This document shows positions 30,328 through 39,240 of a stretch of 64,000 nucleotides of DNA, piece by piece. The position numbers and the translations under genes were made by a program. The notes beneath the pieces were generated by a model. It saw only the letters and a list, made by a program, of their open reading frames with translations. It had not been told where the DNA came from and ran no database searches. This stretch comes from Thermoprotei archaeon (lineage in GTDB: Archaea; Thermoproteota; Thermoprotei; Thermoproteales; B15-G16), in contig QMRC01000002.1 in NCBI GenBank assembly GCA_003649205.1, forward strand, positions 128,001 to 192,000. The letters are read 5' to 3'. Numbering within the stretch: position 1 is the first letter of the stretch; each line of letters starts with the position of its first letter.

Positions 30328-30420
30328 GGGGCCGTCGTCTAGCCTGGACTAGGATGCCAGCCTGGGGAGAAACCCCGCCCAGAACGCTGGTGAGCCCGGG
30401 TTCAAATCCCGGCGGCCCCA
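30328..30420 (+). tRNA. tRNA-Pro(GGG) with 17-nt intron at 37/38 (30368-30384)
   Basis: Acceptor stem GGGGCCG/CGGCCCC, anticodon stem CCAGC/GCTGG, T arm GGTTCAAATCC, BHB helix CTGG/CCAG. Confidence 0.93.
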
Positions 30421-30455
30421 GGGGAGTACCGGGGTCAAACCCGGACTCCCCGCCA
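30421..30455 (+). ncRNA. tRNA-like minihelix ending in G-CCA
   Basis: GGGGAGT-A-CCGGG-GTCAAA-CCCGG-ACTCCCC-G-CCA: 7-bp plus 5-bp stems. Confidence 0.6.
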
Positions 30456-30472
30456 ACTAATCCTCTCCTATC

Positions 30473-31678
30473 TTAATCTCTCCCCAGAAAGTCAATAGCT
30501 TGCCTCACGTGTCGTGCTAAGTCATCGAGACCAAATACTATACTAAGCCGCTGTAGTCTTTCAAGCCACTCGACGTGATGTCTACTCGCCCGGAATTCAG
30601 CAAAATACTTCCTATACTTCTCTGAATGATAATAATGAACTCTTTCAGCTGGTACCTTAAGGAGGTTAACTGCTAGCTCTTTGAACGGCTCTACCTGTCC
30701 TAGTCCTACACATCTTACAATGACGTACTTCTTGCCACACTTCCTCCTAACTAAATATATTCTAACTCTCTCCTGAAGTAATTTTCTCAAGTCATCTCGA
30801 CTGAGCCCTACACCCTTGATAATCCTCAGTTTAGCATTTCGTCTTCTATGCCTCAACTCCATGAGATAGAGGAGACAGTTTTTGCGCATGTGCTCTATTG
30901 AGAATCTTATCCTGAAGTACCTACTTGGTCTCCAATTCTCTTTTATTTCACCTAGGGTGTAGTCTATGTACTTCATTTCTTTGAGTTTCTCTAAGACCTG
31001 TAGGATAGGTCGTAGCTTATGTTCACTACATCTAACGTAAATTGAGCAATGTACCCAGCCATGTTTATCCATGCGTACATTAACCGTGCCATCTCCGTCT
31101 ACTAGACCTGATAAGAATTCAGCAACTTCATAGTAGGTATTAGGAAAGCAAACAACTCCTCTTCTTAGGCAGGTCACGATAGTAGTAACTTCTGGATCTT
31201 TAACTCTTAGGTACAACATGGGTTTTACTTCGTGAGGTAACACGTGTATACATCCAAGTCTAACATAGAGTCTTGGGTATGTCTTCAGTAGTATTGCACA
31301 GAGCTCCTTGTCTGTACTAGCAAAGCGTATGTATGGTCCCAACACAGAACCATCGGTCAGTGCTAATCCCACTCTATACCATACGTTGCTCATTGAAGTA
31401 TTCTTTACAGTGATTTCCTCAACGAACTTACTGAATTCTCTCCTTAAGTACACTACCCTCTCATTGATGCAGTACCTAGCACTACGTGTCCTCGATCTAG
31501 CCACTATAACCAAAGAAGGTATATGTTTTATCTGCTCTCTCAGTTCTCTCGCTTTTTGCTTTAGTTGTTCTAGCTCTTCTTTGGTGAAGTATCTGTGTAT
31601 TAACTCCATTACTTTGCTATGTAGTTTCTCTACGAATTCATCTATTTCATCGTACTTGATGGTGATTCTCGATTTCAC
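30473..31678 (-). CDS. free-standing double-motif LAGLIDADG endonuclease-like protein
   Basis: VGLALTDGS and FLSGLVDGDG; basic composition; no intein termini. Confidence 0.8.
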   Translation of the reverse strand: MKSRITIKYDEIDEFVEKLHSKVMELIHRYFTKEELEQLKQKARELREQIKHIPSLVIVARSRTRSARYCINERVVYLRREFSKFVEEITVKNTSMSNVWYRVGLALTDGSVLGPYIRFASTDKELCAILLKTYPRLYVRLGCIHVLPHEVKPMLYLRVKDPEVTTIVTCLRRGVVCFPNTYYEVAEFLSGLVDGDGTVNVRMDKHGWVHCSIYVRCSEHKLRPILQVLEKLKEMKYIDYTLGEIKENWRPSRYFRIRFSIEHMRKNCLLYLMELRHRRRNAKLRIIKGVGLSRDDLRKLLQERVRIYLVRRKCGKKYVIVRCVGLGQVEPFKELAVNLLKVPAERVHYYHSEKYRKYFAEFRASRHHVEWLERLQRLSIVFGLDDLARHVRQAIDFLGRD

Positions 31679-31748
31679 GAATTGTAGTGAGTGCTATGGG
31701 TTATAGGGGTCTTACATTTGGTCGACTGTGTTGTTTCTCTCTATGTCT

Positions 31749-32408
31749 TTACTTCTTGCTACTAAGTACTTCACAGATCTTGATGACGAAGTCCTTTGCT
31801 ACTGGTGGCCCCCATGCTGTTACTACGTTATCATCTACGATCACTGCTTTTTCAATGTACTCTGCTCCACCTTCTCTAAGTATCTTGACTAGTGCTGGAT
31901 CTGGGTAGCAGGTTGCTCTTAATCCCTTTAAGATACCCGCCTTAGCTAGTATTGCTGGTGCTGCACAGATTGCTGCAACTACCTTACCTTTCTCGTGAAA
32001 TAATCTACATAGCTTCTCTAGGTGTGGTAGTCCTGGTTCTGGTACCTTACCGACTACCCTTACGTATACTCCCGGTCCTCCAATTATGACTATTGCGTCG
32101 TACTTCGTAGCTAATTCACTTAGCTTGTCCTCTATGTCTATGATGTAGTACCTATACGGTATGTCTATGGTCTTATTCATAGCTAGTACGTCTATGGTTG
32201 CACCTGCTCTCTCAAGTACTTCTCTAACTGGTTGGTACTCCTTTGGTTGGTATCCTTCAAATAGTACGATTAATACCTTCTTGCCCTCTACCTTAGGTAT
32301 TTTCGCTGGTATTGATGTTTGTATGTGAGTTAGTGTTAGGTAGAGTGCAGTAGCTATGATTATTATGGTGATTACTATGGCTAAGACTACTTTCTTCACA
32401 TCAATCAC
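31749..32408 (-). CDS. DJ-1/PfpI family protein with N-terminal membrane anchor
   Basis: YDAIVIIGGPG, AAICAAP, VVTAWGP. Confidence 0.9.
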   Translation of the reverse strand: MIDVKKVVLAIVITIIIIATALYLTLTHIQTSIPAKIPKVEGKKVLIVLFEGYQPKEYQPVREVLERAGATIDVLAMNKTIDIPYRYYIIDIEDKLSELATKYDAIVIIGGPGVYVRVVGKVPEPGLPHLEKLCRLFHEKGKVVAAICAAPAILAKAGILKGLRATCYPDPALVKILREGGAEYIEKAVIVDDNVVTAWGPPVAKDFVIKICEVLSSKK

Positions 32409-32441
32409 CCTGAGTTTTGGTGCGTAACTGATGTTTAAGTT

Positions 32442-32897
32442 CTAGCTCATGGCTTTGCCTCTCCTCTCGAGCTTCTTCGAGATCCATCCTTCATTTACTT
32501 CTACTAGTTCCCATTCCTTCTTGAATTCTTGAAAGTACTTCTTGGCTTCTATCCAGAATCCATTGTCGTACACTACAATACCGTGTTCGAGGGCATCTAG
32601 TACTGCTATGTCGAAGTTCTTTAGTGCTGTGTAGAACTCGTCTTCTGTGTATATCCATGGTTGTACCATTGGGGTGTGGGGCATAAGCTTGAATCTCTCT
32701 AATCCCTTTGGTGCTGATTTGAGTACGATGAGGATATCTATATCGCTCCAAGGTTTCCAGCATCCTCTAGCTCTAGAGCCAAATACCACTATTGACCTAA
32801 CGTTACTTCCTAGTCTCTTCAGTACTTCATCCCTAAACTTCAGTACGTAGACTCTGACATCTGTACCGAGTTCATCAGTACCTAAGTACTTAAGCAC
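32442..32897 (-). CDS. MNT nucleotidyltransferase antitoxin
   Basis: VFGSRARG..SDIDIL. Confidence 0.9.
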   Translation of the reverse strand: MLKYLGTDELGTDVRVYVLKFRDEVLKRLGSNVRSIVVFGSRARGCWKPWSDIDILIVLKSAPKGLERFKLMPHTPMVQPWIYTEDEFYTALKNFDIAVLDALEHGIVVYDNGFWIEAKKYFQEFKKEWELVEVNEGWISKKLERRGKAMS

Positions 32898-33265
32898 CTC
32901 ATCACCTCCGATACAACTTTTCTAGCTAATTCAATAGCTTTCTTAGCTACTGTCTCCGTGTACTCGATTCCATATCTCTTCCTAGCGTCAGGATAACGTG
33001 AAGCGTAGTAGTGTATCGTCAATTCTCTAAGCTCTTCATCACTCACTGTTAGCTCTAGTCCATATGCTCTAGCTCTTGAGTACAGTAGACATAGGTCATG
33101 TATTCTGAGGAAGTTGCCATGACGTAATAGGTATGCTTTGAGAATGTGTTGAATAGCTTGTTCAGCGTGAAAGCAAGCATATGCGTAATCTCCTACATAA
33201 TACCTCTCCTCTGCTCTCTTGAGCTCTGAGCGACTACTCTCAATCCAGTCCTCTACTGTAGCCAT
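32882..33265 (-). CDS. HEPN toxin
   Basis: ACFHAEQA..LKA, HDL, YYASRYPD. Confidence 0.9.
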   Translation of the reverse strand: MATVEDWIESSRSELKRAEERYYVGDYAYACFHAEQAIQHILKAYLLRHGNFLRIHDLCLLYSRARAYGLELTVSDEELRELTIHYYASRYPDARKRYGIEYTETVAKKAIELARKVVSEVMRCLST

Positions 33266-33284
33266 CTCTTCTCCACCTACTTAA

Positions 33285-33334
33285 TCAGCTCAAATCGCTT
33301 TAATCACCTATCATCAAGACCAATCTTCATCATC
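33285..33334 (-). ncRNA. box C/D sRNA candidate
   Basis: ATGATGA-AGATTGGTCTTG-ATGA-TAG-GTGATTA-AAGCGATTTGAG-CTGA; both guides 12 nt. Confidence 0.65.
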
Positions 33335-33359
33335 GAGGGTAGGTGTGGTTGATACCTAC

Positions 33360-34334
33360 TTAAGCTTTCCTGCATTGTTTCATCGACTCTATGATCTTGA
33401 CTACTTCTCTAGCGAGTTTGATCTTGGATTTTAGATCAGTCATTACTATGTTGCTTGTGATCACGTAGATTTCGAGTTCCTTACTTATCCTCTCGCCTAC
33501 TTCTCTATCTCTCACATCTACTACCATGGCGTCTACGTAGTCTCTAAGTATTTCAGCTACTGAGTAGCTCGATGGTTCGTAACCTATTGCTTTTAGGAAT
33601 TTATGGAGTGGTCCTGAGAATGGTCTATTACCTACTATTGGTGATATCGCTACTACAGGTACTTCACCGCGTAGCTCCTTTATCTTCTCACCTAGTCCCT
33701 GTACCTTCAGTATAGGTAGTATGCTATTTACCGTGTTACTTGGTCCTATGATTATGGCGTCTGCTTGTTCTAGTGCTGTGATTACGTCTCTTGTTACCTT
33801 TGCTTTCTCTAGTCCTAGGAATGTTATTCCGTGTACTTCAGGTTCCATTCTGTACTTGACTAAGTACTCCTGTATGTGGAGGTTACCTATGTTCGTGAGT
33901 ACGTAGGTTTCTACGTGGTTATCTGTTGCTGGTAGTACTGTGGCTCTGATACGTAGCTTACTTGCTAGGTACTTCGTTACCTGCGTTAGTGTGTACCCTC
34001 TCTTCATGAGTAGTGTCCTTGTAATGTGTGTTGCTAGGTCTCTATCACCGATGTTGAACCATGTCCAGTCTAGTCCGTACTGTTTTGCTTGTTGTAGGAA
34101 GTTGAAGGTGTCTTCTTTGATTCCCCAGTACTTACCTGTATCGAGGATGTTTGCGAAGAGGTATAGTACTGTATCTACGTCAGGTGCTATGTAGAGGTCA
34201 TTCCACCAGAAGTTATCTGCTACGTTGACTACGACAGTTATATCTTCTTCAGGGACGACATGTCTTAGACCTTCGAGTAGTTTGGGCGTTCCTGTTCCAC
34301 CGCTTAGAACTACGAGCTTCACCTTGATTCCCAC
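33360..34334 (-). CDS. cofD: 2-phospho-L-lactate transferase
   Basis: LSGGTGTPKLL, PDVDTVLY, WGIKEDTF, IGDRDLATH, IIGPSN. Confidence 0.95.
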   Translation of the reverse strand: MGIKVKLVVLSGGTGTPKLLEGLRHVVPEEDITVVVNVADNFWWNDLYIAPDVDTVLYLFANILDTGKYWGIKEDTFNFLQQAKQYGLDWTWFNIGDRDLATHITRTLLMKRGYTLTQVTKYLASKLRIRATVLPATDNHVETYVLTNIGNLHIQEYLVKYRMEPEVHGITFLGLEKAKVTRDVITALEQADAIIIGPSNTVNSILPILKVQGLGEKIKELRGEVPVVAISPIVGNRPFSGPLHKFLKAIGYEPSSYSVAEILRDYVDAMVVDVRDREVGERISKELEIYVITSNIVMTDLKSKIKLAREVVKIIESMKQCRKA

Positions 34335-34430
34335 TTTGTTTGTGTTGCTTGGGATTTTTAGTTAAGTGCCGTGTCTACTCCTTGGGGTAGGCTCAAATAG
34401 ATGGGTTGTTACTTGTGTTGAGGGGTTGGG

Positions 34431-35408
34431 ATGTGTTCTCAAGTCTCTATCTCTATCCTGGTTGAGCGTGGTCTATGTTCTAGCTGTGGTGCTTGTGCTG
34501 CAGTGTGTCCCTTCTCAGCTATTGAGTTTCCAGAGCCTTTCTCATTACCTAGGGTAATTGGTGATAAGTGTAGGTTGTGTGGTCTCTGCTATAGGATCTG
34601 TCCTCAGGTAGGTATTGTTGATGAGGTTAGGGGGAGAGAGGTTAAGCCGTTGGCTACGTACATGGCTAGGTCTACTCTAGCTGAGGTTAGGGGGGTTGCT
34701 CAGTGTGGTGGTGTTGTCACTACATTAGCTATGTACTTACTGGATAGGAGGTTCGTTGATGCTGTTGTGTCTGTTGGTAGGGATGAGTACTGGCGTCCAG
34801 TACCTAAGCTCATTACTGATAAGTTGGGGGTTCTCGAGGTAGCAGGTTCGAAGTATACCTACGTATCGGTTCTTACATTGTTGAGAGATGTCGTTAGAAG
34901 TGATGCTATTAGGTCGGTAGCTGTTATTGGTCTTCCCTGTCATATGAGAGCTATTGAGAAAATGAGGAGATTGAAGTTAGCTGCCTCTCAGAAAGTTAAG
35001 TACCTCATCAGCATCTTCTGCATGCACAACTTCGAATATGGTGTAGTGAAGTACATTGTTGAGAAGTTTGGTCTCGATATCAAGTCCATCTCTAAGATGG
35101 ATATAAAGAGGAGGTTCATAGTTAAGTTAGTGGATGGTAGGGTTCTCGAGGTACCTCTCAAGGAGTTAGATCAGTTCGTTAGAGCTTGCTGCCGTAGCTG
35201 TCCAGAGTTTGTCTCCACAATAGCAGATGTCTGTGTCGGTAGTGTAGGTGCTGAAGAAGGTTGGAGTACCGTATTCGTGATGTCTGAGAGAGGTAGAGGA
35301 ATTGTTGAAGATGCTGTGAGAGATCAATACCTTGAGGTTAAGGAGCTACCTGAAAAGGCCATGAAGATTGTGGCGAAGTTAATCAGTATGAAGGTTGGAA
35401 GTAGATAG
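34431..35408 (+). CDS. F420-binding FrhB/FdhB/FpoF-family protein with N-terminal 2x[4Fe-4S] domain
   Basis: CSSCGACAAVCP, CRLCGLCYRICP, GGVVT, AGSKY, GLPC, CRSC. Confidence 0.9.
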   Translation: MCSQVSISILVERGLCSSCGACAAVCPFSAIEFPEPFSLPRVIGDKCRLCGLCYRICPQVGIVDEVRGREVKPLATYMARSTLAEVRGVAQCGGVVTTLAMYLLDRRFVDAVVSVGRDEYWRPVPKLITDKLGVLEVAGSKYTYVSVLTLLRDVVRSDAIRSVAVIGLPCHMRAIEKMRRLKLAASQKVKYLISIFCMHNFEYGVVKYIVEKFGLDIKSISKMDIKRRFIVKLVDGRVLEVPLKELDQFVRACCRSCPEFVSTIADVCVGSVGAEEGWSTVFVMSERGRGIVEDAVRDQYLEVKELPEKAMKIVAKLISMKVGSR

Positions 35409-35468
35409 TAATAACTCAAGTAGCTAAACTTTATTTCCTGAACCAATGTCAGTTAGAGAGGGATCTAG

Positions 35469-37511
35469 TTGAGTAAGCCACTTCACGTCAAGATCGGTAA
35501 GCTCGAGTCCCCTCCCTTAGCTGCTGAGAACATTGATCTGGTCATCGGCTCTGTAGTTATTGAGGAGGAGTGGGAACCAACTGGTCCTGCTTCAAGACCT
35601 TCACTTCCAATGCTGAGGGCTTGGGATCTATTCCTCTTGAAGAGGTATGAACCTATGTACGTAGTTGAGAATAAGCTACAGCACGCAAAGACCTTACTCA
35701 CACTCACGGTATCCGGTGCATTAGCCTACCTAGCACTAGCTAAGAGAAGGCTTAGAGCTGCGTACCGTAGGTTAGGTGAGGATGCCCCAATTGAGTTAGG
35801 TGTTGCTGTTGAGGCTCCACTCACTAGGTTACTGATAGGTATTAGGCCAAAGGTATTGACTGAGCTTGAGGAGCCCCTGAGGTATGCTGAGGAGCAGATA
35901 GTCGAGATCAGTGCAGCTATCCACAGTAATCAGGAAGCTAGTATCGAGGACTTGGAGTCAAAGATGTTTCACATAGGTACAGCTACGCTACTGCTAACTG
36001 AGGTAGCTGAGATAGCTAATTTAATGCTAGTTCCGAAGGGTATTAAGGTACCTGAAAAGCTTGAGTTTGGAAAGGCACTCATTGACTTCACGAAACCTGT
36101 AGTACTTATCCTCGGTGATGTTCCTGAGGTAGTAGATGTTGTTGAGTACTGTGAGAGAAGTGGGTATATCGATAAGATCGAGATCGTGACTGGTGGATGC
36201 TATGCACTAGACACCGTTAGGGTTGGTAAGTACTTGGTTAAGGTCGTTGGTACGCTCGATGACGTTAGGGATGTTGTCGGTAGAGGACTTGTGGACGTAC
36301 TCATCGTTGGTGAGCAAGGTGCTATACCAGACATAGTTGAGAAAGCCAAGGAGAAGGGTACTGTGGTGATTACGACAACAGAGAGAGCTTACCTAGGTCT
36401 ACCAGACCTTACAGGTGTGGATACTGAGAAGATAGTTGAAGCTGTTAAATCAGGTACAGTGAGGGGATTTGCTGTCTTGGATGCACAGAAGTTAGCTGAG
36501 GTAGTACCTAGAGTAGCACTGGTAGTTTATGAAGCTAGAAAGGAAGTGAAGCCTAAAGCTCTTGAGGAGGTAAAGGAGGTCTTTAGCAGGGAGAAGTACG
36601 TAATGAAGCCACCACTCGGACCTGTTCCTGAACCTGTTATCAGGGATCTAGGTGTTCCTGTCGTGATGGGTACTATACCTGGTATAATAGCTGTTGTTGG
36701 ATGTAGTAACTATGGACCTAGCTCACTTGAGGAACTTGGTGAGATCCTTGAGGAGCTGTGTAAGAGGAACTTCCTAATCCTCACGACAGGCTGTACAGCA
36801 ATAGCACTGTCCAAGTACAGGACTAAGGAGGCAGGTCACGGGCTTTACGAGGACTTCCCAGATCAGACATTGGTGATGGGATCTCCAACAGCTATAGCAC
36901 ACATAGCTGGACTCGCACTCAAGGTACCACAGATCTTCGCTAGAATGCCGCTTAGATCAAATGCACCTGCACTAGTCGACTACCTACTTAATAGAGTTGG
37001 TGCTGTTGGTCTAGCATGGTCAGCACCGCTCGAGAGGGATGCAGCAATTGCATGGGGCGTACTAAGGTGTGGTGTACCAGTTGTTGCTGGTCCAGCACTA
37101 GCACCTGTTGGTAGGTTATTCCTTGGTGATCCAACTAAGCCAGAGAAGTACGTGATATACGACAAGAGGACGAAGAAGAAGGTATTCGTTGGACCAGTAC
37201 CTGAGCACCTACTGTGTCTAGCTAAGAACAAGGACGAAGCACTGATACTGATAACTAAGCTAGTTATGAGGGCTAACGATGGTCACAGCGCTAGGGCTAT
37301 CAAGGCATGTCACTACGTCGACATGTACAGGAAAGTACATGGAACACTACCACCAGACCTACCGAACTACATCAGAGCTGAAGCAGACATAGCGATAACG
37401 GTCAAGGACGAGGTCATGAAGTTCCTACAGGAGAAGGGCTGGAAACCACTAGAGGAACCATTGGTAGACCCAACGTGTCTACCGCTACTCCAAGAAATAA
37501 CAAGTTTATAA
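35469..37511 (+). CDS. cdhA: degenerate archaeal CO dehydrogenase alpha subunit (ACDS alpha)
   Basis: EEEWEPTGP, VVMGTIPGIIAVVGC, DYLLNRVGAVGLAW, GPVPEHL, DPT conserved; cluster motifs missing. Confidence 0.9.
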   Translation: MSKPLHVKIGKLESPPLAAENIDLVIGSVVIEEEWEPTGPASRPSLPMLRAWDLFLLKRYEPMYVVENKLQHAKTLLTLTVSGALAYLALAKRRLRAAYRRLGEDAPIELGVAVEAPLTRLLIGIRPKVLTELEEPLRYAEEQIVEISAAIHSNQEASIEDLESKMFHIGTATLLLTEVAEIANLMLVPKGIKVPEKLEFGKALIDFTKPVVLILGDVPEVVDVVEYCERSGYIDKIEIVTGGCYALDTVRVGKYLVKVVGTLDDVRDVVGRGLVDVLIVGEQGAIPDIVEKAKEKGTVVITTTERAYLGLPDLTGVDTEKIVEAVKSGTVRGFAVLDAQKLAEVVPRVALVVYEARKEVKPKALEEVKEVFSREKYVMKPPLGPVPEPVIRDLGVPVVMGTIPGIIAVVGCSNYGPSSLEELGEILEELCKRNFLILTTGCTAIALSKYRTKEAGHGLYEDFPDQTLVMGSPTAIAHIAGLALKVPQIFARMPLRSNAPALVDYLLNRVGAVGLAWSAPLERDAAIAWGVLRCGVPVVAGPALAPVGRLFLGDPTKPEKYVIYDKRTKKKVFVGPVPEHLLCLAKNKDEALILITKLVMRANDGHSARAIKACHYVDMYRKVHGTLPPDLPNYIRAEADIAITVKDEVMKFLQEKGWKPLEEPLVDPTCLPLLQEITSL

Positions 37512-37588
37512 GTCTCGAAGCAAGAGATTATGAAGGTGATTTACCTATCTCCAAACAACTATATAGTTGGTTAGGGTGATGTGTAGCT

Positions 37589-39010
37589 ATGTCCTCTAGC
37601 ATAGTACCCGGATTTCCCGTCGACATTGGACCTGCGTACGAGGGTCAGAGAATTAGGAGACCAGACATGTACGTTGAGTTCGGTGGACCCAAGATAGCTC
37701 AGAAGTTCGAGCTACTAAGGGTTAAGAAGTTGGAAGAGGTTGAGGATGAGAAGGTTGAGGTTATTGGACCTGACCTACCTGAGCTGAAAGAGGGTGAGAG
37801 CTATCCAATCGGTATAGTCATTGAGGTAGCTGGTGCAAAGCTCACACCTGAACTAGAGGGTGTTCTCGAGAGGAGAATTCACGACTTCCTAAACTACATC
37901 GACGGTGTCATGCACGTAGGTTCGAGAGCAGACATTTGGATTAGGATAAGTAAGAAGGCATACAGTAAAGGTCTCAATACACTGAAGCTAATTGGTCTAG
38001 CTCTGATCAAGCTATTCAAGAAGACCTTCCCAATGATTGAGAAAGCACAGGTAAAGTTCATAACAGATCTTGAGAAGGTTAAGGAGTACCTAAGTGAGGC
38101 AATGAAGGTTTACGAGGAGAGAGATAAGAGGGCACTAGCTCTAACAGATGAGGAGGTAGATACATTCTACGGCTGTATCCTATGCCAGTCCTTCGCTCCT
38201 GGTCATGTCTGCATAATAACTCCTGAAAGACCATCAGCATGCGGTGCTGTGTCCTGGTTTGATGCTAGAGCAGCAGCCATGATCGATCCCAAGGGACCAA
38301 TATTCCCAGTACCTAAAGGTAAGTGTCTGGATCCAGTTAAGGGAGAGTACGAAGGTGTTAACGAGAAGGTTAAGGAGAAGTCACTTGGGAATGTAGAGAA
38401 GGTGTACCTATACAGCATGTTCGACTATCCAATGACATCCTGTGGTTGCTTCGAAGCAGTAGCATTCTACATACCTGAGGTCGATGGTATAGGTATAGTC
38501 CATAGAGGATTTAGAGGTAAGACACCTATTGGACTAACGTTTGGTCAGTTAGCAGAGCAGGTCGGTGGTGGTAGACAGGTAAGTGGCTTCCTAGGCATAT
38601 CGATACTGTACATGAGGTCCAGGAAGTTCCTAATAGCTGATGGTGGATGGAAGAGAGTTGTGTGGCTACCGAGCGAGCTTAAGGAGAAGCTAAAGGATGT
38701 GATACCACCAGATCTCTACGATAAGATAGCTACTGAGAAAGATGTATCAACTGTTGAGGAGCTAAAGAAGTGGTTGATCGAGAAAGGTCACCCAGTAGCA
38801 GAGAAGCTAAAGGCTGCTGAAGCAGCACCCCCAGCTGCACCACCTGCCGCACCTCCCGCACCTGCCGCTCCAGCTCCTGCACCAGCACCGCCAACAGCGG
38901 TTACGGTACCAGCAGCGGCACCAGCAGCACCACAGGTACCCATTAGGATAGTGCTGCACAATGCTAGGATATACATCAAGAGAGTAGTTGTTGTGAAGAA
39001 GGGTACCTAG
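37589..39010 (+). CDS. cdhC: acetyl-CoA synthase (ACDS beta)
   Basis: FYGCILCQSFAPGHVC, CGA, TSCGCFE; Pro/Ala linker and C-terminal beta peptide. Confidence 0.97.
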   Translation: MSSSIVPGFPVDIGPAYEGQRIRRPDMYVEFGGPKIAQKFELLRVKKLEEVEDEKVEVIGPDLPELKEGESYPIGIVIEVAGAKLTPELEGVLERRIHDFLNYIDGVMHVGSRADIWIRISKKAYSKGLNTLKLIGLALIKLFKKTFPMIEKAQVKFITDLEKVKEYLSEAMKVYEERDKRALALTDEEVDTFYGCILCQSFAPGHVCIITPERPSACGAVSWFDARAAAMIDPKGPIFPVPKGKCLDPVKGEYEGVNEKVKEKSLGNVEKVYLYSMFDYPMTSCGCFEAVAFYIPEVDGIGIVHRGFRGKTPIGLTFGQLAEQVGGGRQVSGFLGISILYMRSRKFLIADGGWKRVVWLPSELKEKLKDVIPPDLYDKIATEKDVSTVEELKKWLIEKGHPVAEKLKAAEAAPPAAPPAAPPAPAAPAPAPAPPTAVTVPAAAPAAPQVPIRIVLHNARIYIKRVVVVKKGT

Positions 39011-39021
39011 GGTGTTCATTC

Positions 39022-39240
39022 ATGAGTACGAGACAGGAGGGGAAGAGGAGTACTGAGCAAGGTAGTGAACTAGGTACTGATCTCCTCAACTTCCTCCTTT
39101 CTCTTGTTGGTTTAGGAGCTACTGTTGAACTTCACGGTGTGACGATAACAGCTGAGAAGGTTGTCATAACGAGAATTGAGGGGAGTGGTAGTGAGTCAGG
39201 AGAGAAGGGTAAGGGAAGAGAGGAGAGAAGCAGAAGCTAG
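39022..39240 (+). CDS. small protein resembling the CdhD N-terminal / CdhC C-terminal peptide
   Basis: DLLNFLLSLVG..TVELHGVTITAEKVVI; ATG 11 bp after the cdhC stop. Confidence 0.65.
   Translation: MSTRQEGKRSTEQGSELGTDLLNFLLSLVGLGATVELHGVTITAEKVVITRIEGSGSESGEKGKGREERSRS

Noticed and set aside
30421-30455. attR of an integrated element, or a split/permuted tRNA half
   Set aside because: The acceptor sequence does not duplicate tRNA-Pro, there is no integrase, and there is no anticodon half or BHB flank
38815-38935. GCACCA-type repeats
   Set aside because: Encode the Pro/Ala linker of CdhC; not an independent repeat element
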